DNA from: Octopus sinensis
Taxonomy: Eukaryota
Length of the DNA: 64,000 nt
Assembly (NCBI RefSeq): GCF_006345805.1
Contig: NC_042997.1
Span: 105,710,001 to 105,774,000 of the forward strand
Direction: 5' to 3'
Made by a program: the position numbers and the translations under genes
The notes under the pieces: model-generated
What the model was told of the DNA's origin: nothing
The model's database searches: none
The model's input: only the letters and a program-made list of their open reading frames with translations
Shown: positions 12,292-25,500 of the stretch, piece after piece
Numbering within the stretch: position 1 is the first letter of the stretch
Layout: the number at the start of each line of letters is the position of its first letter

Positions 12292-12406
12292 AACCACACG
12301 TTTTCGGGTTCAGTCCCACTGTGTAGCCAGTTTCTTCTACTATAGCCTCGGGCCGATTAAAGAAGTGTGAGTAGATTTGGTAGACGGAAACTGAAAGGAA
12401 CCCGTA

Positions 12407-12446
<40 letters not shown>

Positions 12447-12665
12447 GTGCGTGTGTGAGTGTGTTTTTGTGTGTTTGTTCCCCCAACCCTCTCTTGACAA
12501 CCGATGCTGTGGTGTGTTTACGTCCCCGTAATCTAGCCGTTCGGCAAAAGAGACCGACAGAATAATTACTGGGCTTACAAAGAATAAGTCCTGCGGTCGA
12601 TTTGTTCGACTAAAGGCGGTTCTCCAACATGGCCACAGTCAAATGGCTGAAACAAAAACATATAA
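12292..12665 (+). mobile_element. tRNA-derived SINE with internal (TA)n/(TG)n
   Basis: GGGTTCAGTCCCACTG..GGTAGACGGAAACTGAAAG..CTTGACAACCGATGC..GACTAAAGGCGGT..GTCAAATGGCTGAAAC. Confidence 0.85.
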
Positions 12666-12716
12666 AAACAGAAAAAGTACATAAGTATGTACAGGTATAT
12701 ATATGTATATGTCTAT

Positions 12717-12804
<88 letters not shown>

Positions 12805-12919
12805 AAATGGGACAAGAACGCAAAACATTCGAATAGACGATACAAAAAACACGGACGAGTCATTCGAAGCCTGTAATCTTCAGTCAAGAACCGGATCATC
12901 CTCGCAATTTCGGAGTTTT

Positions 12920-13720
12920 GCAATGTTATTTTATTCACCTAGTTTTACATGTTTACACTTTCATCGCTTTCAAAGTATTCTCCATTTGAAGCTATTCGTT
13001 GGTCCAGACGCGTTTTCGACTATTCAAAGCAGAGTTAGAAGTCTTGCGAAGTGATGCTTTTTAACGCTTCCGTCGTTTCTTCTTCACCTCTTCAACATCT
13101 GCAAATTCTGTAGCACCAGCTTTCATCAACAGTGATAACCTTCGAAAAAAGGTCCGGATCAACTTCCAAATGTTCTTTCAGTTCATAAGACACGTTCAGT
13201 CATGACTACTTGATCATCAGTGAGCAAGCGAGATACGAATTTTACTGCAACTCTTCTCATTCGCAATTCCTCGCTGAAAATACGTTGGCATGAGCTCCAG
13301 GACACACCAGGCATATCAACAAGTTCGTCAATTGTTCAGTGATGGTTTTCCTAGATCAGTTCATGAATATTCATGATGTTTTCATTCGTTCGGGAGGGCG
13401 AGCTGAACGAGATTTTTCTTCAAGCGATAAGTGACCATTCCTAAAGCATGAAACCACTGGTAAACTTGTATTTTCCTCATGACAGCGTCGCAACTGTTTC
13501 GGCCGCCGCTTTCTCCACCAGAAAACAGAATTTCATGGAAGAACTCCTTCGTTTCAGACGTCGCAAAAATCGACGTACAGGGGAGAAGCTCTGCAAAACA
13601 AAGACACGCCACGTGGCAGTACGACCTCAGTCAGCATACTGATGGTTGAGTGTTGCATCGAATAAATTCTAGCAGAGGGAGACCGAACTATAACGAGCTT
13701 GTTTTTATCCGTTTATATTA
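12920..13720 (-). mobile_element. Internally deleted mariner remnant
   Basis: The minus strand gives degenerate MKFCFL..AAETV, DAVMRKIQVYQWF, ELRMRRVAVKFVSRLLTDDQ and VITVDESWCY, joined directly to a C-terminal FADVEEVKKK..NGEYFE-like segment. Confidence 0.8.
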
Positions 13721-14186
13721 TTTGACATTGATTTAAATTCCAAAAGTTTATCAATGGTCTCATTGCAAATGATACAGCAGCCATCCAGGCATCTTTTCCA
13801 GTTCTCTCATATAATGGTAGGTTAGGTATCCATATTTTTGCAGTGACACTTCATATATGGTGAATTCAAGATATCCTATTGTTAAGGCGCTGCTTTCCTT
13901 CCTATCGAAATTACGCATTTTTGACGACAGTAGGTGTCAATAAATAGAAAATAATTATTCTGAACTATTTCCGTAAAGCTCGTGTCTGAAAAATTAAATG
14001 GATGTTTAATTGTTAAGATGTTTTTCTTAACATAAAACCAATAGTAGCCTTGACACAAAGAAATTTTATTCACCAATGCGGTTCATAGACAAATAAACAT
14101 TTTATCCAACGATGCTTTCGACATTTACACACACACAGACGCACACATATATATACATATACATACATATATATATACATATATAT

Positions 14187-14269
<83 letters not shown>

Positions 14270-14791
14270 TATGAGCTCGACGAAATATAGATATGATATT
14301 TGTTATCGATATCAAATAAGTCGAAAGAGAGAAATGCACGATTGTTTGCATTGAGCATTCATATGATATATTCCTGCGTTTTCGAAAACAAATATTTACA
14401 AAGATACACCATGTGATTATGAAATATGAAATCAATTTAATCTATCTCCTTCTCTCCTCTCTTTTTCCCTCTCCCTCCCTCTTCCTCACTTACGCATACA
14501 CACTCGCACACACAGAGACACACATTCATACACACACGTATATATACACATACACACGCACACACACACACACATACATATACTTGTTGGCACGAATACT
14601 TTTTTATAATATATTCATAATATACATATAATTTGTCGATGATAAATCATATAATTTAAATGCACTCTAATATCATTTCTCCCTTCTTTGTTGCACCAAA
14701 TATATATATATATATATTCCATAATATTATTATTATTATTATCATTATATATATATGTATGTAAATGTATGTATATATATAAAAAGAGACA

Positions 14792-15998
14792 GGGCCCCAA
14801 CTATGCGAACCTGTTCGTTGGCTATGTTGAGGCCCAAATATTCTCTAATTTCACTGGTCCCACTCCTGAACTATATGGTCGTTATATTGACGACATTATC
14901 GGTGCCACCTCACTCTCCCGCGAGCATCTAGATTCCTTCCTCTCTTTCGTCCATCCAATCTTCTATCCAGCCCTCCACTTCACTTCCACTATCTCCAACA
15001 CCTCTGTCTCCTTCCTCGACATTTCGGTTAGCATTCTTCACTCCACTCTTACCACCTCCATTCACTACAAACACACAGACTCACACTCATACCTCAACTT
15101 CTCTTCCTCCCACCCAGAACACACCAAGCTTTCCATCCCCTATTCCCAATTCCTCCGTCTACGTAGGCTCTGTAGTGACGACCATGACTTTGAGACTCAG
15201 TCTCAACGTATGGCTCACCACTTCACCCTACGTGGATACCCCCTCACCACGTGGATACCCCCTCTCAGAAAATAATTAAAAATTCACATTTTTTATCAAA
15301 TTATTTTGTTATATTTGTCTATCCACTATCCACACCGCCCTTGCCAGAGCACGGTCCGTGGACCGTGTATCTGCTCTCTCTCCCCGAACCCGCCCTGTAG
15401 TCTCCCGCCTCCCTTTTCCCCTCACTTACCACCCCACGACCCTACGTCTCCAACGCACCATTCTTCGAGCTTTCCGTCATCTCCAGTCCGACCCGTCCAC
15501 TTCACACCTCTTCCCTAACCGACCCCTCCCCTCTTTCAAACGAGCCCACAACCTTCGAGACCTTTTGGTCCATAGCTCCTTCCCTGACCCTACCTCCCAA
15601 CCCGGCTCGTTCCCCTGCTCCCGCCCACGTTGCCGCACTTGCCCTTACCTCTCCAACACCACCCGCCTCACTAGCACCCACCATCGACCCTATCCCATCA
15701 TCCACTCCTTCACCTGCACCTCCAGCAATATTATCTATTGCATCTCTTGCTCTCTCTGCAATTCCTTGTACATCGGACAAACGGGACGCCGCTTGGCTGA
15801 CCGGTTCGCGGAACACCTTCGTGACATCCACCTTGCGAACGACACACCGGTCTCACGCCATTTCCGCTCCACCGGTCACTCCTTGCAACACCTATCTGTG
15901 TTCGGTTTGTCCTTACACAGAGGCCATCCGGATTCCCGTTTGCCCGTGAACAGGAATTAATCTTCTCTCTTCGCTCTTATACGCCATTTGGTCTCAAC
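14792..15998 (+). pseudogene. PLE polyprotein remnant (RT thumb plus GIY-YIG)
   Basis: ORFs 14688-15275 and 15358-15960; broken by an insertion at ~15250-15325 and a 1-bp deletion near 15945 relative to the 8520 copy. Confidence 0.9.
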
Positions 15999-16868
15999 TC
16001 TCCCCCCTCCTCATCTAACCTCACCCGCCTCCTCACCTATCCTTTCTCCCCCCCGACCTCTACTTCTTCAGTCCTTCATCCTTTCACCCCTACTCCCCTT
16101 CCCTTCTTCTCTCTTTCTCCCTCCCTCTTCCCCTTCCCTCTGCTCCCTCACTCCCTCTCTCCCCTTCTCTCTCCCCCTCTCCCTCTTTCCTCCTTCATCC
16201 CCCTCATCCCCTTCCTTCTCCCCCATCCTCTCCTCTCCCCCCTTTCCTCCCCCCTCTTCTTCCCCTCCCCTTCTCTCCCCCCTCTTCCCCCCCTCCCCTC
16301 CCCCTCTTCTCCTCACTACACACATGACTTTACACATCACATCACATATGATGTGCCATACTAATACACACACCAACTAATACATACTAATACGTACTAA
16401 TACATACTAGTACATACTAATACTTACACCAACCCTATACATACACACGTCCAGACCCCGCATAGGCACTTATACTCTCTCTCACACACACACACACACA
16501 CCTATACATACCAATACGTACTAATACATACTAATACATACTAATACATACACCAACCCCATACATACGCACGTCCAGACCAATCTTACGCACTAATACT
16601 CTCTCATACACACACACACACACACACACCCTTATACATACTAATACATACACCAACCCTATACATACACACATCCAGACCCCTCCCACGCACTTTTAGC
16701 TGGTCCCTCAACCCTTTTATCAACCCTATTATCTCCCCTTATTTCGCTCTCTCGCGTCTCATGTTTGATCTTTGACCTCTGGCCGAAATCAGATCGCCAT
16801 GTTGATTCGTTAGCTACTGCACGCATTTTTTTTCTCTCCTTCTTTCTGTGTTTTTCTCTCTCTGGTTA

Positions 16869-16906
16869 TCTTTCTGTTGAAGAGCGTAGGCTCGAAACGT
16901 TAAAGA
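16869..16906 (+). ncRNA. Minimal type I hammerhead-ribozyme-like motif (variant core CUGUUGA)
   Basis: TCTTT-CTGTTGA-A-GAGC-GTAG-GCTC-GAA-ACGT-T-AAAGA: perfect 5-bp stem I, 4-bp stem II, palindromic helix III; predicted cleavage after 16901. Confidence 0.6.
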
Positions 16907-17009
16907 CTTGTTTTATTTATATTTCCTGAGCGCCATACTAATACAATTGTTCGTTTGTTTTCCACCTGCCTTCGTCTTTTGTTTTTATTCATAAAGCTTC
17001 CCGTTAGGA

Positions 17010-17057
<48 letters not shown>

Positions 17058-17072
17058 TGATGTGTGGGTTGT

Positions 17073-17114
<42 letters not shown>

Positions 17115-17619
17115 GTGTGTGTGTATACATATATACTTAATTAAGATAAAGGGAGAAAAAAGACAAGAAAAAAACAATAAGGCGGTACATACAATGTATT
17201 AATAAGACACTCAGGGAATGAAAGAAAGGATGTTTTACGTCTCCAGTAAAGCTCTTCTTCAGAAACAGGAGACAAAGTAAAATCTAAAAGAAAAGGTAGA
17301 CGGGGGATACATATAGAAAGGTTTGGCCAAATGTCATCTGACAGTAAATAAAAATTCCATAAATTCTTAATATTAAATTTTGTTTATTCATTCCAATTAT
17401 GAATGTTGAATAATTGAATACTGTGAGTTAAAATCACCTTTGTTTTGTTTGTTTTTTAAACATTTGTCTATTTGATAGTGCAATCTCATATAAAATAACA
17501 TTTTGTTTTAATCTTGGAATTAAGTGAGTTTTGATTTACTGCCAGGTGACTTTTGGTCAAACCTTGATATGTACAATGAAAAGGAGAAAGAAATGTTGGG
17601 GTATTGGGGTTGGTATATA

Positions 17620-17662
<43 letters not shown>

Positions 17663-17760
17663 CGTATATATAGCATATATATGATATTTCATATATATAC
17701 GTATATTACATATATATATACGTATATTTACATATATACATACATATGTATGTATATATA

Positions 17761-18032
17761 TATATGTATGTATTCTTTTATTCTTTTATTTCTTTCAGTC
17801 ATTTGACTGCGACCATGCTGGAACACCGGCTTTAGTCGAGCAAATCGACCCCAGGACTTCTTCTATCGATCTCTCTTTCCGAAATGCATAGTGACGGGGA
17901 CATAAACACACCAACATCGGTTGTCAAGCGAGGGTGGGGGACAAACGCAGACACACAAGCATACTTCGGTTGTCAAGCGAGGGTAGAGGACAAACGCAGA
18001 CACACAAGACATACTTCATATATATTATATAT

Positions 18033-18074
<42 letters not shown>

Positions 18075-18290
18075 AGTATTTGTGTGTCTGCGTTTCTCCC
18101 CCACCCTCGCTTGACAACCGATGTTGGGTGTTTTATGTCCCCGTCACTATGCATTTCGGCAAGAGAGATCGATAGAAGAAGTCCTGGGGTCGATTTGCTC
18201 GACTAAAGCCGGTGTTCCAGCATCGTCGCAGTCAAATGACTGAAAGAAATAAATGAATAAAAGAATACATACATATATATATACATACAT
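17761..18290. repeat. Fold-back inverted duplication of a SINE 3' half around (TA)n
   Basis: 17761-17966 is the near-perfect reverse complement of 18074-18290; an extra ~50-bp tandem copy lies at 17967-18016. Confidence 0.92.
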
Positions 18291-18310
18291 ACATATATGT
18301 ATATATGTAA

Positions 18311-18374
<64 letters not shown>

Positions 18375-18612
18375 TTAATACTCTTAGCTTAGATCTTTGG
18401 GGCCATGGGGCCAACCAGATTTGAAGAGTTTCAAGTGTAAACGGCCAAAAATGTAAAGATAATCTGGAAAGGTGACTGAGGATAAAAGGGCACGGATGAC
18501 TCATACTTGTTTTATCCTGTCCGCCTTTTTGTTCTTTTTGCTGTCTGTCTTTGTATCGATTATCTCTCCGGATGTTTTATTGTCGTCTGTCGCGTTCTTC
18601 CTTTATATATAT

Positions 18613-18702
<90 letters not shown>

Positions 18703-18739
18703 TCCAAAAAGCAAAGCTTCATGTATAACTTTATAAGAT

Positions 18740-19075
18740 GAGTAAACGAATCTTTAGTTCGAAATATCAACGCAGTCTATGGATCCAACTGTCATTATTC
18801 AATGAACACCCCCACAGCATCAAAGATTCTTTGAAAGCCGCCATAGTTCGAGTCATTCCCGATATGTACAAGGACCAAGTAATCCGAGCTTGCAAACAAT
18901 TTCGACCACGCGTAGAGGTTGTTATTGATGCTAATGGTGGTTTTATTGAACGAAATTATTAAACTGATAATTTAGATTTATGTTTATGTTATTTTTATAA
19001 AAATAGATTTTTTTCTGTTATTATATAAGTGTTTCTTTAAACCACAAATCTGTCCTCAAATACCGTCCGCAATCT
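18740..19075 (+). mobile_element. Tc1-like transposon 3' fragment
   Basis: Encodes HPHSIKDSLKAAIVRVIPDMYKDQVIRACKQFRPRVEVVIDANGGFIE, a typical Tc1 transposase C-terminus. Confidence 0.75.
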
Positions 19076-19994
19076 GTGTGTGTGTGTGTGTGGTGTGTGT
19101 GTGTGTGTGTGTGTGGTGTTGTTTGCGTGTGTGTATGTGTGTGTGTGTGTGCGCGCGTATGTGTGTGTATATGTGTGTGTATATACATATATGTATGCAT
19201 ATATACATACACATATATGTATGCATATATGTATATATATATGCATGTATCTCTGTCTATGTATGCGTGAGTGTCTATATATAGATGTGTGTGTGTGATC
19301 ATGAAAATATGCATATATCACCAAATGCAGCATAAAATTCGATTGTATATTCATACGTACTCAAATACTATCAAAATAATATACAGGAAAAACAAACAAC
19401 TAAATATAGCAGAACTCATCACATATAAACAAGTCCATAAAAAGGGAAAATACGTAAAGAATCACTTGATTCATAATTGCTGTTATCTTTAGATATTTCG
19501 CCATTGCTCTTTTTGTGATTCTTCTCTTATGAATTTCTACACTTAGCTCTCTCTCCCCTTTCTCCGCTCTCTTTTATATCTGTTTACTTGCCGTCTTCCT
19601 TTCTCAATCTTAAACTGTTTCTCGCTTTTTTTTCTTTCTTCATATTTGTTGCTCTTGTTTTCTATTGATATATACATACATAAATACATACATACATACA
19701 TACACGGAAAACACACACACATATATAAACATAAACATACAAACGTATATATATGTATATGCATATATATGTATATGTATATTTATATATGTTACCTCGA
19801 GATCAACGGTTTAGATGGAGTTAATTCTTTGTCAGATTTTCTTTGTATGAGTGATATCAGCTTCGGGCTTTATTCTGAATTAACTTTCACAATGTATTTT
19901 TTTCTTTCGTTCAATTGAGAAGCGCCTTTGTTTAGATTTAGATTTTCTAAGTATTTAAACTCTTGTTGTAATTCTTTTCTTTCTTGTTTTCCTT

Positions 19995-20421
19995 CTTCGA
20001 TTCTTGATTTTATTATTATCATTATTATTAATATTGTTATTGTTATTATTGTTGTTGTTGTTGTTGTTGCTGCTGTTGTTGATGTTGTTGTTGCTGTTGT
20101 TGTAGATGTTCTTTTTGTTGATATTAATACTATTCTTCTTATTCTTCTTCTTCTTCTTCTTCTTCTTCTTCTTCTTCTTCTTCTTCTTCTTCTTCTTCTT
20201 CTTCTTCTTCTTCTTCTTCGTCTTCTTCTTCTTCCTATTCTTCTTCCTATTCTTCTTCTTCCTATTCTTCTTCTTCTTCCTATTCTTCTTCTTATTATTA
20301 TTCTTCTTCTTCTTCTTCTTATTATTATTATTATTATTATAATTATTATTATTATTATTATTATCATTATTATTATTGGCGGTGGTGGTGGTGGCGGTGG
20401 TGGTGGTGGTGGTGGTGGTGC

Positions 20422-20455
<34 letters not shown>

Positions 20456-20460
20456 GGTTG
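19995..20460. repeat. Compound trinucleotide microsatellite (ATT/GTT/GCT/CTT/ATT/GGT/GCT)
   Basis: Consecutive in-phase triplet runs; explains the poly-I/R/L/K/F ORFs at 19870-20636. Confidence 0.95.
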
Positions 20461-20992
20461 TTTCCGATGGGTATCTTTTTATTGCTTTCATTATTTGTTT
20501 CTCTTTGCTCTTAACTTCTGTTGCTGCTTTTGAATTTTCTTGCTCATTCAAATTAACTTTTTTTTCCTTTTATTTGCTGTGTCTGTTCTTGATGATGTTG
20601 ACTTTGTTGTTGTTAGCAATCATAACTGCAGTGTGAATATACTTATTACGTTTGCTAGTGTTATATTTTTCTTATTTCTGTGCACTTTCTTGATGCTAAA
20701 TATCATGGCTATATATGTATGTAGGTATGTATGTATGTATGTACATATGCATATGTATAGTGGTATGTATGTATGTATATATATATGTGTATATATAAAT
20801 ATATATGTGTGTGTCTAGATATATATATACATATGTATATGTATATATTTATATATATACATATCCATGTATTTATTCATATATACATATATATATATAT
20901 AATATATGAATATGCATATACATATATATATATATATATATATGATATAGATATATAGAGGGGAGAGAGAGAGATAAATGATGGATAGATGG

Positions 20993-21068
<76 letters not shown>

Positions 21069-21589
21069 TTTAGATAGATAGATATTTATAGCTAAATATC
21101 TTTCTCGTTTTGTTGTTGCTGTTTTAATTGTTGTTGCGGCATCGTTGAGACTGTTGTTATTTTCGCCTTAGATATCATTTGTACTTGTGTTGCAACTTTT
21201 GTTGTTGTACCGGGTGGTATTGAGCAGGCTGTTTATCATACTGCTACTTTGCTGTACATCTTGGCGTAGATCATCGTGTTGTTCATAGTGGTTGAAGATT
21301 ATTAATAATAATTTTTTTTTTCTTGATGTTCTTCTTCCAAAATTTATGGGTTTGCAGTCAGTTTGCTTATTTCTTATCTTTATTTTCGTTTTGTTTCAGC
21401 TTTGTGTTTACGTTTATTTTTTACATTTATATTTTGAACATTTTCACCTTTTTCAACTCAGTGTCTATTGGCTTGAATACATGCACACATATGTACCTAC
21501 AAATACACTTACACACGAATACATACATGTGTGTACATATGATATATGTTTGTATATTATACGTTCCAAACTGCATATATATATACATG

Positions 21590-21599
21590 CAAATTCCAA

Positions 21600-21637
<38 letters not shown>

Positions 21638-21711
21638 AGAAATTTATGTGTGTATGTATCCATATGTATATAGAAAGATAGTTGGGAAAGCGGACATAAA
21701 GATACGCGAAC

Positions 21712-21782
<71 letters not shown>

Positions 21783-22469
21783 GTATATAATACATATATA
21801 TATATACATACATAGATACTCACACACACACACATGTAGTTTTATATGTGGATATATATGTATGTGAGTGATCTCTGTGTGTGTTTGTGTGCACATGTGC
21901 GTAGTGTATGTATCTCTATGTGCATATACATACACACACATGTGTATTGGCCCATGAGACAATGAGTCGAAATGGAAAATATTTACCTGATGATGATAGG
22001 ATGAATTAGAAAAAAATAATAAGATAACACATATAAAAAAAGGAACAATAACATACACAGCTTTAACAATAGTAATAACAACAATATCTAAAAACAACAG
22101 CAAGAATGAAAGAAAATAATGATAATGACAACAAAACTTTCAATTACGTATCATGAAAGAGAAAAATGAATAACAAACATATTGCCGTTGAAATATAAAG
22201 AGAAATAACGCAAAGCATTCAAATCTGATATTTTGAATAAAAATAATAGATTAAATTGCTATTGATAGGAAAAACAAACAATACTTCATGGAATATTATC
22301 TATAAATGTGTCTGTGCTTTGTGTTTGTTGGTGTGTCTATCTGTATGTAAATATATGTTTGTGCGTGTGTGTGTATGTGTGTGTGTGTGTGTGTGCATGT
22401 ATGTATGCAGTGTGTATTATATATGCATGATGATTTAATGTATTTATGCGTGTGTATATATATATATTA

Positions 22470-22504
<35 letters not shown>

Positions 22505-22737
22505 GTATGCGTCCATGTGTAAGTTTCCGTGTATATATATATGTGCATGAGTGTTTGCGTGTGTGTGTGTGTACATATGCAAGTATATATATGCATGTAT
22601 ATGTATATATATATACATACATATATATATACATATATAAATGTATACATATTTATGTTTATTATATATATATTTATATATTTGTGTATATATATATATA
22701 TATATACATATATATACATACACATACACAAACCCAC

Positions 22738-22818
<81 letters not shown>

Positions 22819-23628
22819 CATATATACACACATATATAATCAGAACGAAGGCTATACATATTAGTCAAATATACATCATGAAACGAAAATAATAAAGATT
22901 TGATTAAAAATAGAGGTCTAAGGGAAAAAAAATAATATAACGAAAGGTGAAAGCAACTGAACAGAAACGTTAGGAAGAAAAATAACACGCGAGAGAAGGA
23001 AGTAATGGGAAGAAAAAGAGAGATAAAGATATATGTAAGAGAAAAAGATATATATGGTTAAAAAAGCATGTGTAAGACACAGTGAGTGAGAGCAATACAT
23101 AATGCATGATATATAGGTGTTATGTATGTACATGTATGTCAGTATGTATGTTTGTGTGTTCTGTGCACGTATACGAGTAAATATATGTACATATGGAAGT
23201 TACAGACATTAAGAAATGCTCATCTACTTTATTTTGAAGCTGTCTTGCTATTCAGCTTCGCCAAGAATTAACAAATAAAGCATCTTAATAACATTTTCAT
23301 TTTGTTTATAATCTATATACTTGCCTTCGTACCTGTTTTATAAACGTTGTTTACATTGTTTATTTGTTTTGTTGGTTGATATTTATTTTTCTTCTTTACA
23401 CGTTTTCCCTGTTTCTAATTGTTTCTAATTATTTTTAAGGGAGCCACCGAAAACGTTAGCACAACGTCAGATTAAATATGATCTATACACGCACATAATA
23501 CATTATAGATTTGTAGTCATACAATCATATGAATAAATATAGGTTTATATGTGTGCGTATGCATATATATATATATGCATATACATAGCTATGTATACAC
23601 ACGCATATATATAATATATATATATAAT

Positions 23629-23703
<75 letters not shown>

Positions 23704-23720
23704 GTGTGTGTGTATGTGTG
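21590..23720. repeat. Cluster of (TA)n/(TG)n microsatellites
   Basis: Long (TA)n tracts at ~21600, 21715, 22450-22830 and 23600-23700; source of the YI-repeat ORFs. Confidence 0.9.
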
Positions 23721-24263
23721 TAGCTTTTCACGTATTTATTTATTAGCCATGTATGAGTATGTACGTTGTAGACAGATATTTATATAAAAATATTCTAATC
23801 ATGAATACAACTATTAAGGTACTTACATATTATTGTAAGAAATATACATGGTGTATATCTGTAGCTAAAAGTATAGTCACATATTTGGACAATTAATTTA
23901 TTCTACGTTATTTTAATAGAGTTTCTATACGGAAATCTATTTCCGTAATTGGTTTTATATTTGCACTGTTTTTTCTTGAAATGATCTACGTCACTTGGGC
24001 CAGCGTATGTGGATATTTTCATTAACTGAAATAGTACCCACGCCCCGAAAGAATATTAAAGTTTATTTATTTTTCATCTTCTTTTACTTTTAAATGAGTT
24101 CTCCTTATTTTAGTGTTAAAAAGTTACAATGTTGTTCATAAGTCTAAGAGACTAGACATATACAGAGGGGAATACGGAGAGAGATACTGAGATGGAAGTC
24201 TTGCTACTTCACCTGACAAACATGCTGGGCGTCTAAATCATGTTCTAACAATAGAATACGCTG

Positions 24264-24662
24264 AGGCGGCGAGCTGGCAGTAACGTTTACACGCCGAGCG
24301 AAATGCTTAGCGGTTTTTCGTCTGTCTTTACGTTCTGAGTTCAAATTCTGCCGAGGTTGACTTTGCCTGTCATCCTTTCGGGTCGATTAAATAAGTGCCA
24401 GTTTCGCACTGGGGTCGATATAATCGAGTTAATCTGTTTGTCTGTCCTTGTTTGTCCTCTCTGTGTTTAGCCCCTTGTGGGTAGTAAAGAAATAGGTATT
24501 TCGTCTATCTTTATGTTCCGAGTTCAAATTCCGCCGAGGTCGAGTTTGCCTTTCATTCTTTCGGAGGTCTATAAATTAAGTACCAGTTGCGTACTGGGGT
24601 CGATTTAATCGACTGCCCTCTTCCAAAAAATTTCGAGCCTTGTGCCTAGGGTAGAAAAGAAC
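24264..24662 (+). mobile_element. Dimeric SINE
   Basis: GGCGGCGAGCTGGCAG head, then two monomers joined at GGGTAGTAAAGAAATAGGTATTTCG; tail CTAGGGTAGAAAAG. Confidence 0.88.
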
Positions 24663-25139
24663 AATAGAATATGCTCCTTCATACATAAATGGTTGTCTTG
24701 GAAAAGTATAACTTTCTATTTCAATGCTTTTTAATATTGACAAAAAAGAATTACTAGATGATGAATACCTGCTAAGATGTTTAACCTTCTTAGCCATCTG
24801 ACTAATAAATGCGTTTTTGTACATAATGGGCTTTATGCGAAGAAAGCTGTTCCCGTGTTTCAAAATCATTAATATATTCGTAAACTTAATTGGACAAGAG
24901 TCACTTACTCAGCTCAAGTAAGTCTTACATTTGATATTATAGAGATGAAAATAGCTGGGATTTTCGAGCATGGTACAAAATAAATAAATAATATCACGTG
25001 CTTCTGGGAGGAAATATCATGGTAACAGCAAAGAAGGAAGGGAACGAAAAAGAACATAAATAAAACTAGTCCTAGAACTAAGAATAAGTGCTAAAGAAAA
25101 AGGTCTCGTAGAGATTAATGTTGGGCTTCTTTCAAAGAG

Positions 25140-25500
25140 TAGACAAACGTCATGAAATCGAAACCATCAGTCTACTTCGAAAGTAAAAATCTGAAATAAT
25201 TCCATAACGTTTTCGTTGTTTTACAAATCGGAAACATGGACCCTAACAACAGAAATTGTGTGAACGTTGGCAGTATACTTACAGAAAGTAGAAAGCTCAA
25301 TGATGAAATTATAATATAAACTAGAGAAATAAATGAATGGATAAGAGAACGGACGGATGGAATTGATGTTCTTATTACTGTGAAAACTAGAAAATGAATG
25401 TGGGCAAGACACATCAGCGATGGACAAAAGCAGAGGAATTAAGACCAACGGTAAGAAAAATAATGCTAGAAAGACTACAAAAGCGATTATCTAAAGAAAT
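25140..25500 (+). mobile_element. Degenerate RTE-clade LINE 3' fragment
   Basis: Broken frames give SETWTLT..MMK..NEWIRERT..DVL..KTRK*MWARHI, matching the RTE ORF C-terminal pattern. Confidence 0.65.

Larger units (their letters stand above)
14792..17005 (+). mobile_element. 5'-truncated Penelope-like retroelement (RT C-half, Cys-rich linker, GIY-YIG endonuclease, 3' region, hammerhead end); Neptune-like
   Basis: RT: GPNYANLFVG..YGRYIDDI..SFLDI..YKHTDSHSYL..HP.HTK.SIPYSQFLRLRRLCS..RGYP. Linker: CSRPRCRTC. Endonuclease: NIIYCISCSLCNSLYIGQTGRRLADRFAEH..RHF. The Neptune assignment is inferred from the Cys-rich linker. Confidence 0.93.

Noticed and set aside
12800-12910. Repeat-like segment with minus-strand CTGAAGA..TTCGAATGAC
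   Set aside because: Stem II does not pair and GAAA is absent; left as an unclassified repeat.
19870-23731. Many ORFs of 60-210 aa (poly-I/Y/V/C/R/K/L)
   Set aside because: These are translations of di-, tri- and tetranucleotide microsatellites with no protein-like complexity; the same applies to similar ORFs throughout the window.
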